Notes under the pieces: generated by a model
Databases searched by the model: none
What the model saw: the letters and a program-made list of their open reading frames with translations, nothing else
Told to the model about the DNA's origin: nothing
Assembly (NCBI GenBank): GCA_000320545.1
Contig: ADNK01000711.1
Span: forward strand, 1 to 39,763
Reading direction: 5' to 3'
DNA length: 39,763 bases
Source of the DNA: Bigelowiella natans CCMP2755
Taxonomy: Eukaryota > Protista > Cercozoa
Part shown: piece by piece, positions 13,067-24,246 of the stretch
Layout: each line of letters opens with the position of its first letter
Numbering within the stretch: position 1 is the stretch's first letter
Made by a program: the position numbers and the translations under genes

Positions 13067-13832
13067 TCACGGCCCCAGAGGCGAAATAGGAGCCCTTGGT
13101 AGAGGGCTTGGAGGGACGTCGCCAAATCTACCAGGCATTGTCTGCCAAAGATAAACGTATTTTTATACACATCCTCATCAGCAAAGCGTACACAAACAAA
13201 CTCCCGAATAATTAAGATGTGCACATGCGCGCGATAAAACAACGAGGGACATGACTGACAATGGTGTCCGATTCTTCCATCTCATTAGATCCGGCCACGA
13301 TCTCCAATATCTCTTGCGTAATGCTCGACTGGGTGAGGAAATGCAAAAAGGATAAAGTATTCACTTCAGATATTGAACATCCCTGCGATGCGATGTCTAT
13401 ACTCATTCGCATTCTCTTCCAACTCATTGCCCCTGTCCTCCCCTTCCTCACCCACCCCTGTAGATTGTGCCTCTACTCAGAATCAGGGTACAATATTTTA
13501 AACAGAGCAGCGATGCACTCTAGTGGCGTATCTGCTATCTATCCTCCCCCCCACCCCCCCCACCGGCCCTCAACACATGCACCTGTCGTTTCCTCCGGTA
13601 TTGCCTCGTGACCTGGCGCAAATAACGCATAGAATCTCATTAATCACATATGCCGTGACACTTCCCATCGATCTTCCTTGGGTTTGGGGGGAGGATGGCA
13701 ACTTACCAACACGTTAAGCTCCTCAGCCGACTCCGTAGCTTTCTGTATGCATCATATATGGCATTTCCAAGGCGGAAACAGAGGAAAACGTTAGCTGCTG
13801 CCGTGTAATATGCACTAGAGATGATTTATAAA

Positions 13833-13912
<80 letters not shown>

Positions 13913-14737
13913 CGTGAATATATTTGCCAATATAGATATACTATTCGTATAGTAGGGATAGAAGAAGACCTGCATAGCCTGCCGTGCTGCCAGCTGCTCG
14001 CACACAACCGATTCCTGAAGAGACGCAAGGACCACACCAAGCACAAGTGCGTTTAAGAAGGAAACGTCGTTGATTGGGCAGGTAAGAGTAAGCGGGACAA
14101 ACATCCGTTACACATTGATAGTAACAGAGAAAGGCAATGAGATGAGGAGGAGCTTCGAGACTCGATCGTCAAAACGAAGAAGAGGCGTCATGTGCGCGCC
14201 CCAGCAGTCCACTACCAGCATCATTCTCAGCATCTGAGAGATTATGTAGAGCCTCGATGTCGTCTCGAGAAGGTCCTCTAAGCTCGGTTCCATGATGAAT
14301 TCACTCGAGGAGACGTTCCTCGCTTCGGACGGGGTCAGCTGGGAGATGGTCGCGTATACGTCGCCTGCCAACAGAGGTCAGTTCTTTTTTTTCTCCAAAG
14401 AGCAACCCTCTTGATGCGTTGCTTGATAGCGTACGTGTATGTGTTGGGTTTTGATGTGGCGCTCATCATCATCATCATGATCATCACCATCATCATCCTC
14501 ATCATGAGTATCGTCGTTGTCATGGTCCGCATGTCTGTCGCTCTCTCTTCACAGTGATCATCCATACCTGCCCGAGTGAGCAGCTCCAAGGCCTCATCAG
14601 CATCCGTCTCAATTCCGTTTGGACTCACTACAGGATTTGAGGACACACACACACACACACACACACAATATCACCTCTTCAAATACTAAAATATCAGCCT
14701 CCCTGAGTTCTAGGGTGTAGCAGATGCGACGGTAAAC

Positions 14738-14785
<48 letters not shown>

Positions 14786-15125
14786 TTGTGTAAGGCAACC
14801 AGGGAGAATGGTCCGAATCGATGGGGACTGCTTGGTAATGCCCGTGAAGCTGCACCGAAGAACAACAACAAGAAGAAGAAGAATAAGAAGAAGAAGAAGA
14901 AGAAGATAGATCAGAATAGCTTTCAAGCCTGCCGAGATAGTTGCCTGCTTCCTTGGCGTTTCCGCCTCGAACGAATACTCCCGCCACAATCATCACCAGC
15001 GCCATCGCAGCGACGCACACCCATCATATCCACAACAACGCAAGTTTCAGTGCTATTGCAAATCTGCAGGGCTCGTCCAACGAAAAATAGTCTTCTTTCT
15101 TCCGCATTATCATCTCCGAAGGGAA

Positions 15126-15164
<39 letters not shown>

Positions 15165-16868
15165 GCATGCATCGGTTGCTGGATGGGCGCCGTACCACGT
15201 GTAGATGATCTCTACTCGGCCCAGGCTCCTACCCAATCAGCAGCAATATTGTCATTAATGCGAAGCAGCTTTCGTGAAGACACGTTGCTCAGAAGTATTT
15301 AAACGACATATGGCTAGCAGTCGTACATGCGTATCCCCTCACCCACACACACACCCTTCTTCAAACTCTTGGATGACATCTTCGAGAACCTACACATGTA
15401 TTGAACGAGCAGGGGCACACACATAATGTATATTAGGCAAATATAGATTATTGCTCACGAAAATTTTTAATATCGCAATTTTCTGTGGGTGAGAGCGCAT
15501 GCGATTGTTGCACTTGTTGTTATATATATATATATATATATATATTTATTTATATTATATTTATATTTGTTGGGTATGCACTCGCTCGCGCGCACAGGAA
15601 GGGGGGGGGGCATAAAGCACGCCCCATTCACTACTTACACTCGCTGCCACATCGGAGTCAGGTTTGGTATTCATCGGAACGATCTAGGACGGATAAGGAA
15701 AGAGGGCGTTAGAATGTGCTTTCTATCGAATGGAGGCTCTCGGTTAAAAGAGTAGTTAGAAACTGGGATCTTTTTCCTTCTCTCCTTCCTACCCCCCCCG
15801 TTCTATCTCAACTCTACCTGATAGCTCTCCACTCGTTTTTTGCGAAAGGCCTTCTTTAGCCTCCGGCCAACGCCGATGACGCGGATGTTAGGCTGGGAGT
15901 CGAGGTCGCAGCTGCAGAGTGCAGAGTGTTTGTGTGTTTATGTGTGTATGTGCGCGAGCGTGTTTGATGATGATGATGATGATGATGTGTGTGTGTGTGT
16001 GTGGTGTGTGTGGTGTGTGTGTGTGTTTATATGTGTGGATGTGTGTTTGTATTCGGCTCAATCGTACTCTTCGTCTCCCTTAGAATGCTCGCAGAGAAAC
16101 TCATCTTGTAACTCCTATTTCCATATCATGCCAGGAGGGGGAGGCCACACGCATACACGCATACACGCATACACGCAAACAGCAAAGAACAACACACAAA
16201 TTTGACAAAACTCGCAATGCTAGCATGAATAGCAACGCCCACCCCCCCCCCCCCCCGGCAAGTATCTGATGATGTTGTCATTTGCGTCGATGTCTCGCTC
16301 TTGCTACGACTGTTTCTATTTTCCCCAAGATCACGCATACACCTCCATTCGCGTCTTCACACGCGCAGCGATATCGTCGTTGAAGCTCCCACAGAGACCC
16401 TGATGTTGGCAGGTTACGGTGATTTAGCACTAAGCACCAGCAACCCCACGCACGGCAACGAGGACGAATTCAAAGAGAAAGTAGCGTGCAGTGATACGCA
16501 GATGCTACTTGTATCGGACGACCTTATTGCTTCCTATTGCGATGATGGTGACATCTCCTGCATTGTTACCCTGAGGCAGCGTAGCAAACAGAGCACGCAT
16601 ATGTATGTTCATGCGTGTTTTTCTGCGTGCGTGCGCGCGCGTCCATTTGGGTGCTTATTGGATGAAAGGCCGTGATTCCGTCGATACATACGCATGATAT
16701 ATCACCGTATTCTTGTTTTTGAGTAGGGGAGGGCTAACAAACGTTCCTGACACGTTGGCCTCCAGAAGCAACCCACGGAGCGTGCCTGCAGTCAAACCAA
16801 GAGACAACCGTGGATATCAAAAGAGGGGGGGTAGGGAAAGAAGAGTGCGGTCGAAACTTCTGAGAATG

Positions 16869-16917
<49 letters not shown>

Positions 16918-17834
16918 AGCACACAAACATACACTCACGCATTCCATCTACCTTGCACGTGGGAGGAAAACGGCTGGTTCGCAAACATAGCACGCTTTGC
17001 GCCTGCGAGCTTCGATATGGCAATGAATCTAACGCGGTTACGACATTAGATCACACGATGCACATGTGGCGAATAAGGACTGAATTTCGTTGTTTTTCTC
17101 AGCCTCACCGAATTGCATTCGTTATCTTATGGATCTTCTCAATCGATTTCTTCCGGTCCTGTTTTCATAGATACAATTCACTTTTTTTGTGACAATTTAA
17201 ACAATGGCCCTTCGTCGTCCAATGATAACATAATATCTCAGATAGTTCATACAGTTCTCACGTATGTGTGTAAGTAAAGTGCTTTGCAGGCTTTCGGGCC
17301 CATACGTGATAGAATATTGTTCTAAAATTTGTATCGTGAGAGAAAAGCACCTGCAACGACTTTAGCGTTGCCCTTGTGGCCTAGGTGTGCAAAAGAAGGT
17401 ATGATGTTTTTCAGAATGCGCTAGTGCTGATTTCTAACTGGTGACGCTTGCGTCCGGGGGTATCCACCAGATAATACAAATGCAAACAGTAAGGATCAAC
17501 TGGGAAGAATAGTAATATAAAATTCACCCACCACAGGTCGCTGCGTTCTCCACGAGACGATCGGAGCTTTAGTATATTGCGATCCATATAGTCTATCGCC
17601 GGGGCTCCTCCCCATATGGCAGTTCCGAAGCTGGATAGCTCTTTTTGGACTGGGTGCCAAGAGGTGCTGGGAGGATGCTATGAAGGCCGTTGTCCGAAGT
17701 GGTTGGGAGCTTTCATGACGGAATAATAGCCCGATAAGAGTTATCAAAGTCACAGATATTGTTGCTATCTTTCGCACTGAGTTCACCCCATTTTGGGGGG
17801 CTCCAGTTGAGGCGCTCCGGCACTCATTATTCAT
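13067..17834 (-). CDS. atpC: Divergent plastid-type F1 ATP synthase gamma subunit with bipartite (signal+transit-like) leader; about 18-19 exons; C-terminal exon uncertain (alternative stop at 13212)
   Basis: Spliced exons: ATRATLKSLQ|DRKKSIEKIHKITNAIR|FIAISKLAGAKRAMFANQPFS...|VTIIAIGSNK|GLCGSFND...|NIRVIGVGRR...|SLGRVEIIYTC|FTGITKQSPSIRTILP|VSPNGIETDADEALELLTRAG|DV...EFIMEPSLEDLL...LYIISQMLRMML|ESVVCEQLAARQAMQ|KATESAEELNVL|VTRQYRRKRQ|SSITQEILEIVAGS. Collinear with gamma subunits (DRGLCG, ES.ASE..ARM.AM, RQA.ITQEILEIVAG). First exon has a hydrophobic KIATISVTLITLIGLLF followed by an S/R-rich stretch. One junction (~16570-16740) is unresolved. Confidence 0.88.
13841..13908. repeat. Compound (TA)n(TG)n microsatellite in an atpC intron
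   Basis: Direct reading. Confidence 0.9.
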
Positions 17835-18558
17835 CCGACAGGGGGGCGCCAATGAGGATTCGAAGTGTTTCAGCTTTGGGAAATGAGAAAAGCGCAGGCG
17901 GAAACAACCAATGTATGAAATAACATGGTAATTTTTAGCTACGACTAAGCCATATGCTCTTTCTTTACAAAAATAGGATCGCCTCTTCTTGTAGCTGCAG
18001 AGTCACTCTCTGCTGCGTGGGGAACCAAAAGAAAACAGTTCGGCTTATTGACGAGAAGGGCGTTTTGTATTGTCGCAAGCATAGTAATGACTGGGATCGC
18101 ATCTCTCTTTCACAGAGACTTTTTCGACCATGTGCAACGCCATATATTTTTCTACATGCGACAACCCTTTTTCAGGAAAGTGTGTTTTCGGGTAGACAGA
18201 AAATATCCGAAAGCTTCCGAAAAAGGAGCTGAATTTCAGTCGAAAACCCAAATACCTATTTGTCGTACCCTAAGAATATGTCCGATTTAACGTGAGGTTG
18301 AGGTCGTACCCACAGTGGCCTTTCAAAAGGAAGGAGACACACAATGGCCATAGCCATTCAGGATCCCCTGATTTGAGTTGGATATTTTACCGATAATTTC
18401 TTGATTTTAGAAACTCCTCCACGTCGGACAAACGAAAGGGACTGGGCTCTCGGGAGAAGATTGATATTCTTGCCATTTTACCACGATGTTTATTTGTCAC
18501 TAATCAGGTGAAATTATACAATTTATCACGTTTCGGTACTCTACTGACACACTCAAAA

Positions 18559-18936
18559 ATGGCCAATGAACCCTCACCTCTGAAGATTGCCATTCCCGTT
18601 TTGGGAGGTATGGTAGATTTTGCATCAATGCTAAGTTCCATGGTCCAAAAATGCTAGAATAGTTTGAACCTTAAATTGGAATGGCTGTATTCGCATGAAA
18701 ATTGGGTGAGTGACGCTTAAGATGACAATTGATTATGTTGTCATCCTGACACCGACCCATTTCCGACTCATTTAGGAGTGTATGCTATTTGCGGGGGTCT
18801 GGCCTATTTTACGACATCCGGAGCGCTTAGGAGTCATACCCCGAGGCAGGTGATCCCAGTCTTGTTCTCTACAGTTGCCTACTTCTGTCTCTACGGAGTC
18901 TACGTATTTCGACAAGGTTGTTGCTTGTGTATGTGT

Positions 18937-18986
<50 letters not shown>

Positions 18987-19688
18987 AGGCGTGCAAGAAG
19001 AAAAAGAAAAATGGAAACACAGAAGCTTAATACATTTCACCTCTCTGTAACATCCCTCCCTTGCCCCTCTGAACATGTTTAGGCATGACGAAGCAGCTGT
19101 ACGCAGCGCATTGCAAAAAGGAGGGCAAGGACATTTCAGAGTGATGCGCTAGAAAAATAAAAAATGAACAAAGCAGACATAAATAGATGAAGTTGAAAGC
19201 CATATTGAATTGTTGGGGGCTTCAGTATAGATTTATATATATCAAATATACCCATCAGATACAGCGACACGATTAAAAATGCGGATCGAACAGTTGGAAA
19301 CTGTCACGAGCAGATGGGCCCTTTTCTGGTCAATCGATTTTTGTATCTTGTAATTATCCAGCATGTATTTGCACAATTCTTTGACACCAAACATGGCGTA
19401 TTACACGGTGTAGCACACATACACATATCACAAAAGACGCAGATATTCACGTAAAACTTAGCAGAAGATACCAATGAAATTTAGGGTTCCCTGTGGATGT
19501 ACGGTGCATTTGTAAATCCGGCTCGTGCAGGAGGCATTGGTCTTGCGTATTTGGGATTTCTACTTATTTATCCCATCGTTTTTGGCACTGAAAGAATTAT
19601 TGTTTCCACCCTACCGCGCTACTACATGTGTTACTACATGATGGCCTGCACGGTTGTTGCAGGGTTGCGCACCATCAAATACATCTAA
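18559..19688 (+). CDS. MAPEG-family (microsomal GST-like) membrane protein, 5 exons
   Basis: Spliced: MANEPSPLKIAIPVLG|GVYAICGG...YFCLYGVYVFRQ|GMTKQLY...|YSDTIKNADRTVGNCHEQMGPFL|GSLWMYGAFVNPARAGGIGLAYLGFLLIYPIVFG...STLPRY. Contains the MAPEG-type R...N..E....F motif and about 4-5 hydrophobic helices. Confidence 0.75.
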
Positions 19689-19904
19689 GTTTCACTCTTC
19701 ATGTAATCATACCACAGCAGAAAAGTCTGTGTAGTCCATAGAATTAAAGATTGTGCAATTTTGAGCATGGTCCAAATTGCAGTTATGACGACACTTGACT
19801 TCTGTGATGACTTCAACTTTGAAATGAAGTGTGCAGGAGTGTTTGATGTCTCCTCCTAGTAATCTGACATTTGCGCGAAATTGACGACCACAATGATCGA
19901 TCAT

Positions 19905-20585
19905 CCATGTACATGCAAACTAATGTGTCTAGGTGTGCTAGTGTCATGCACTAGCATGCGGCATGGACAGACCCAGCTAGCTACAGCTAGCTAGGCTAGC
20001 AGGTGCAACGATGACATGCATGTGAGACAACATGTCTAGACATTCTTGTTGGGATGCAATTGATGCGCAAGTGCATGCGTGCAATGCGGTGTGCCACGTG
20101 CACGCCGCGCACAGCTGCAGACATGTGCAACTAGACAAGATGATTGCACATATTCAGCATGCTGGCATGCGCCTGAACAGCTGGTCCTCCATCGCACTGA
20201 AGCGCAAAGTGTTGTCTTTTCACATCTAGACACGTGTCAAAGTTCTAGAGTTGTGAATGATCTGGCTAGTTGGAGGTGTCTAGACGTATGATCGATCACA
20301 GCTAGACAGCTAAGTCCCCGTTCAAAAACGGTGACCCCTAGCTCTAGAGCTAGCTAGACATCATCTCCACGCCATTTCTGGATTGTCCGAAGAATCCATG
20401 AATCCACTGTCTAGCTGTGCATTGCACATTGACAACTAGCTAGCTAGACAATCGAAAACCTCCAATCTAGCAATTCACTAGCTAGTTGCAAATCTGATGT
20501 AGATGATGCATAGCATGCACATCGTTAATCCATTGTGTTGTGCTGGTCTAGTGGTGTGTGCTAGTCTAGTGGTGTGCAAGCTAGC
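19905..20585. other. CTAG/TGCA/CATG island between convergent MAPEG and S1FA-like genes
   Basis: The great majority of TpA are CTAG; only a handful of TAY/RTA exceptions. Confidence 0.8.
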
Positions 20586-20847
20586 AGGTACCGAACTAGC
20601 GAAGTGTAGCAGCACACTTTAGGGGTTTGATGAAAACAACAGACTGTTGTCTAAGACTGGCTATTAGTAAACGCAAAATGGCCAAATTTAAAAACACTCA
20701 CAAAACATGCAACGCACATGCTTGATCCATCTTCCGCAACTTTGTGCACGAAACTAAATGGCCAATCCCTCTACATTGCATACCTAAATTTTAATTGATG
20801 AATTAAAGAATGAAATAAAATAGAACAATTAATTTTAACCGTAAGTC

Positions 20848-21103
20848 TCACTTTGATCTCTCTTTCAACTGAATTCTTCTCATCTTTTTCTTTCCATATT
20901 TTTTCTTAGGTGGCAAATTCTTCATCGCTTCCTGCTTTTTCTCCCACTCTTGCCTAAATGCAATGAACAGTTCAACAGATTTCAAGTGATTGGAGAGGGG
21001 GGGTGGATTTAATTTACCATATGTAATAACCTACTCCTCCGAGAGCCATTGCTACGAAAAGCAAGACAAATAGCGCTGGATTGCCTCCCTCATCAACGTC
21101 CAT
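20848..21103 (-). CDS. 63-aa single-pass membrane protein, S1FA-like; exons 21103-21018 and 20953-20848
   Basis: A GT-AG phase-2 intron joins MDVDEGGNPALFVLLFVAMALGGVGYYIW|QEWEKKQEAMKNLPPKKKYGKKKMRRIQLKERSK* (192 nt including stop). Resembles plant S1FA (NPGLIVLL...[23 protein letters not shown]). Absent from the ORF track. Confidence 0.7.
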
Positions 21104-21556
21104 GGTGCTATCGACCTTTGCATTCAGGGTTTCGACACATTTTCTTGTTACCACAAACTTTTTTCAGAGTGTTTTATTTCGGTGAATTTGCCACAATTAC
21201 AGGAGTTTACCCAATTCTGGAATAGCCACGATCTTGAGGTAAATCATTTTGTTTGCTACAGATCTACGAACGAAATCCCCCCGTGTTAGATCTATCTTTA
21301 GAGGTTTTTCCATCTCTGAGTGATTTGATGCATGCGCAGAAATCTTTGGTAGCGAGCTAGAGAGCCTCTTCCATCTTGCCTAAAGCCAATGTGAGTTATC
21401 GTAGGCGACAGCACAAAATGATGCTTCTCCAATCTTGTCTCGACTAAAATCCAGGGGAAATTTCTCTGACGACAGCACAAAATGATCCAAGATGTGTCGG
21501 AATCTCTGTGATAGATTCTTCTTCCGAAACACATTCAGCATTCCACTCTTGCAAGG

Positions 21557-23450
21557 ATGCGAAGATGCAACATCTTCTCGTTCGTACGCTTCCGCTACAG
21601 TGGCCGCTGTTATTCCTGGCCTGTAATATATGTGCTAGATGTATTTTTTATGTGGGCCTAAAACGCTTAATACATTTTCAAAATGTAAATCCATTTTGAA
21701 CATGTTGTGCATACTTTAGCAGCGTTGGAGTAAGAATTTTGCTGGACATCTTTTTCTCTCTTCGTCTCTCAACGATGGCTCAATGACCAGAGAGCATATG
21801 GAAAAAAAATCAGAAATTAAAAAAGACATGCTTCACGATGCTCTTACTCCACCCCCGACATCAAGACAGCTCTGGATCCACTTTATTCATAGTGCAGTAC
21901 CAATGGTTAACTAATTTCCACTTTTTGTAAGAACGAAACTAAAATCATTGCAATCATACCTTTGTTGAGCTTAGGTTGGATTTGGCTGCATGGATAATAT
22001 TGTGATGATAATGGTGTGACTTCGTATACACAAGGAAGATTAATCAATTTGATGGTTTTAAAAACGTTGGGATTGGTAGGCTGGGGATCTGATTGACAAC
22101 ACTATCGGGGTCAAGTTTGGACTTGCAACATTAACAGCAGGCAATTTGAAAGCTTGCAACGAAAAAATTATAGATATTAAACTTTATTTGTTAAGCTGCA
22201 TTCGGACAAATATGCTCGGATGTCTCTGGTATAGCCTTTGGAGGTGTCATTGAAGCTACTGCAACACGCTTAGGACTCCCAATCCCGGGTATGTCCTGCT
22301 AGTGCATAACGTCATCTTTTTAGAAAGTTTATTAATGGCCAGCATTTACATCGCAACAACGCTTGCTACCAAGAGTGAAGCTATATGGCACCTTCGGCAT
22401 GATTTGTGGTATTTTATATCACCTCCATGATCTACTATGGTAATCTTGATGTGTTGTTTAGGGGTAATAATAGGCTGCCTACTTGGCATGACGTCACTGC
22501 TGTTTCTTGATCTTGAGGTTTAAATGTGTCTAAATAATATACTGAGGAAAGTTCATAAAGCTTAATATTTATTACATTAAAGGCTGCCGAGAGAGCAAAG
22601 AAAGAAACGGAGGTATGGAATATGATTTTTGAGTTTAGCATTTTTAATCTAATTGCGAGTCTCTTTGTCAGTTGACGACCATCATCGAAACTGTTATCGA
22701 ACACGGACATAATGTTTGAGCAAATTTGAGTTGTATAAGTAAATGTTCAAAACTGATTGTATCAGTTCATAGGTAATCAATGCAGAACGAGCATCCTTGT
22801 TCCTGCTGGATCGTAAGGGACATAACCTTTGGACTAAGGTTTGCGAATAAAAAGTCGTGTGTACAAGGTGTAAAGAAGGCTATTTTACAAAAGGTGGCTA
22901 CTGGCACAAACAATTGTTACACTATCAAAGTAAATGAAAACAGGTATTTATCAATAATAGAATCAATACTATACATTTATCCCGTTACCTGGTCATCAGC
23001 GGCTTTGTGGGACTCTGTGCGATGACTGGTAGACCATTGGTGGTCGACGATGCTTACAAGTACCAAGAATATTTTAATTCGGGTCGTAATCATTTATACA
23101 TTTTTCGAAAAAATATTTTATTTAATTATAACACGACAGAGTCGGATAAGAAACTTGACTTTAGGACCAAAAGTGTGATGTGTTGGCCTGTATTCGAAAG
23201 GGACCAGCAAGACCGAAACCATGTTTTGAATCAGCACAACACACTAGACCTTACCACAGTCTCTCCAGCATCAGCTAAAACCGTGGTTATGAGTTCTCAT
23301 ACTCAAAATTCTCCTCCTCCTCCTAAACTCATTGCTGTGATAGAAATCATCAACAAACGAAACGATGAACTTTTTAGTCAAAATGATCAAATGTTGTGTG
23401 AAATGCTCGCATATCATGTTGCAATTTTCATGCGAAATCACAAAGGATGA
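21557..23450 (+). CDS. TMEM65-domain protein fused to a C-terminal GAF domain, with Arg-rich mitochondrial-presequence-like N-terminus; about 13 exons, short AT-rich introns
   Basis: Spliced: MRRCNIFSFVRFRYSGRC...|...PPPTSRQLWIHFIHSAVPM|VGFGCMDNIVMIM|AGDLIDNTIGVKFGLATLTA|AAFGQICSDVSGIAFGGVIEATATRLGLPIP|AFTSQQR...|GVIIGCLLGMTSLLF (TMEM65: PFIGFGFLDN..MI.AG..I...G..LG.STMAAAALGN..SD, IGC.LGM). It continues in frame to VINAERASLFLLD...LWTK|VATG...|GFVGLCAMTGRPLVVDDAY...FNS|ESDKKLDFRTKSVMCWPV...IAVIEIINK...FSQND (PDE-type GAF with NK..F...D). Confidence 0.85.
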
Positions 23451-23483
23451 ACAGGTTTGTTACAATGATGTTTGAATCTGGTA

Positions 23484-24246
23484 TCACAAGATCCTGCTCA
23501 TTCCACGTTTCGATGCATGCACGGCATGCATTCACATTTCGAACAGGCAAATGTTGTCCCAATGCGAGTGAGAAATTTGCGCTTCACCATGCAGCATGTC
23601 TAGATGTCAGCTCGCATGCAAGTCTAGAAGTGTCTCATGATCTGCAGTCAATGAGCCTCACGCATTTGCTTGCGAAGATCTGATGTGCACACATTCTCCG
23701 CCGCAGACCGTGTCATTTGTGCCACTTGGCTTTGTCATTCTGGTGTTTCCCGTCTTCGAACCTCGAACCACATTGTGCAACATGAAAGAAACGTGCTTTG
23801 CACAATGCATGCCTTGATCCTCAATCATGTTCCAATTGATGGAGAGCAAGTACCAGAGTGGACAGGTGTGCACAACTCTGCAACCATTCCAGCACACGAT
23901 CACGAGCAACTGGGACCAGAGGAGCTTGAAAGTTGACGTCCAGACTGTGACGCCTAGACGCATCTGTGGAACCCTCACATTTCACTCTTCCACCTGTCAA
24001 AACGTTCAGATTTTCTTCACCGTGTGTCTGCAACCAGTTCCAGAGTTGCAGACGAACGAACAACAAACGAAGGAACATTGAACGTTCGTGGTGTGAACTG
24101 TTCGAATCAATGAAGGAACTCCATTGGTGAAGTGCAAAGGAATGTCGGGTGTGCGAACCCATCCACATCCTCCTCAACAAACAAGACCGTCGTGGAGTTT
24201 TGATGTTCAGTTTTGCGCACAGGCCACGAGTTTGGACAGCCAGGCT
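23484..24246. other. TpA desert, continuing at 29963-30097 on the other side of the retrotransposon
   Basis: Manual scan: 4 TpA in ~760 bp (CTAG at 23600, 23624, 23954; one GTAC at 23850), and none in 29963-30097. Confidence 0.88.
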
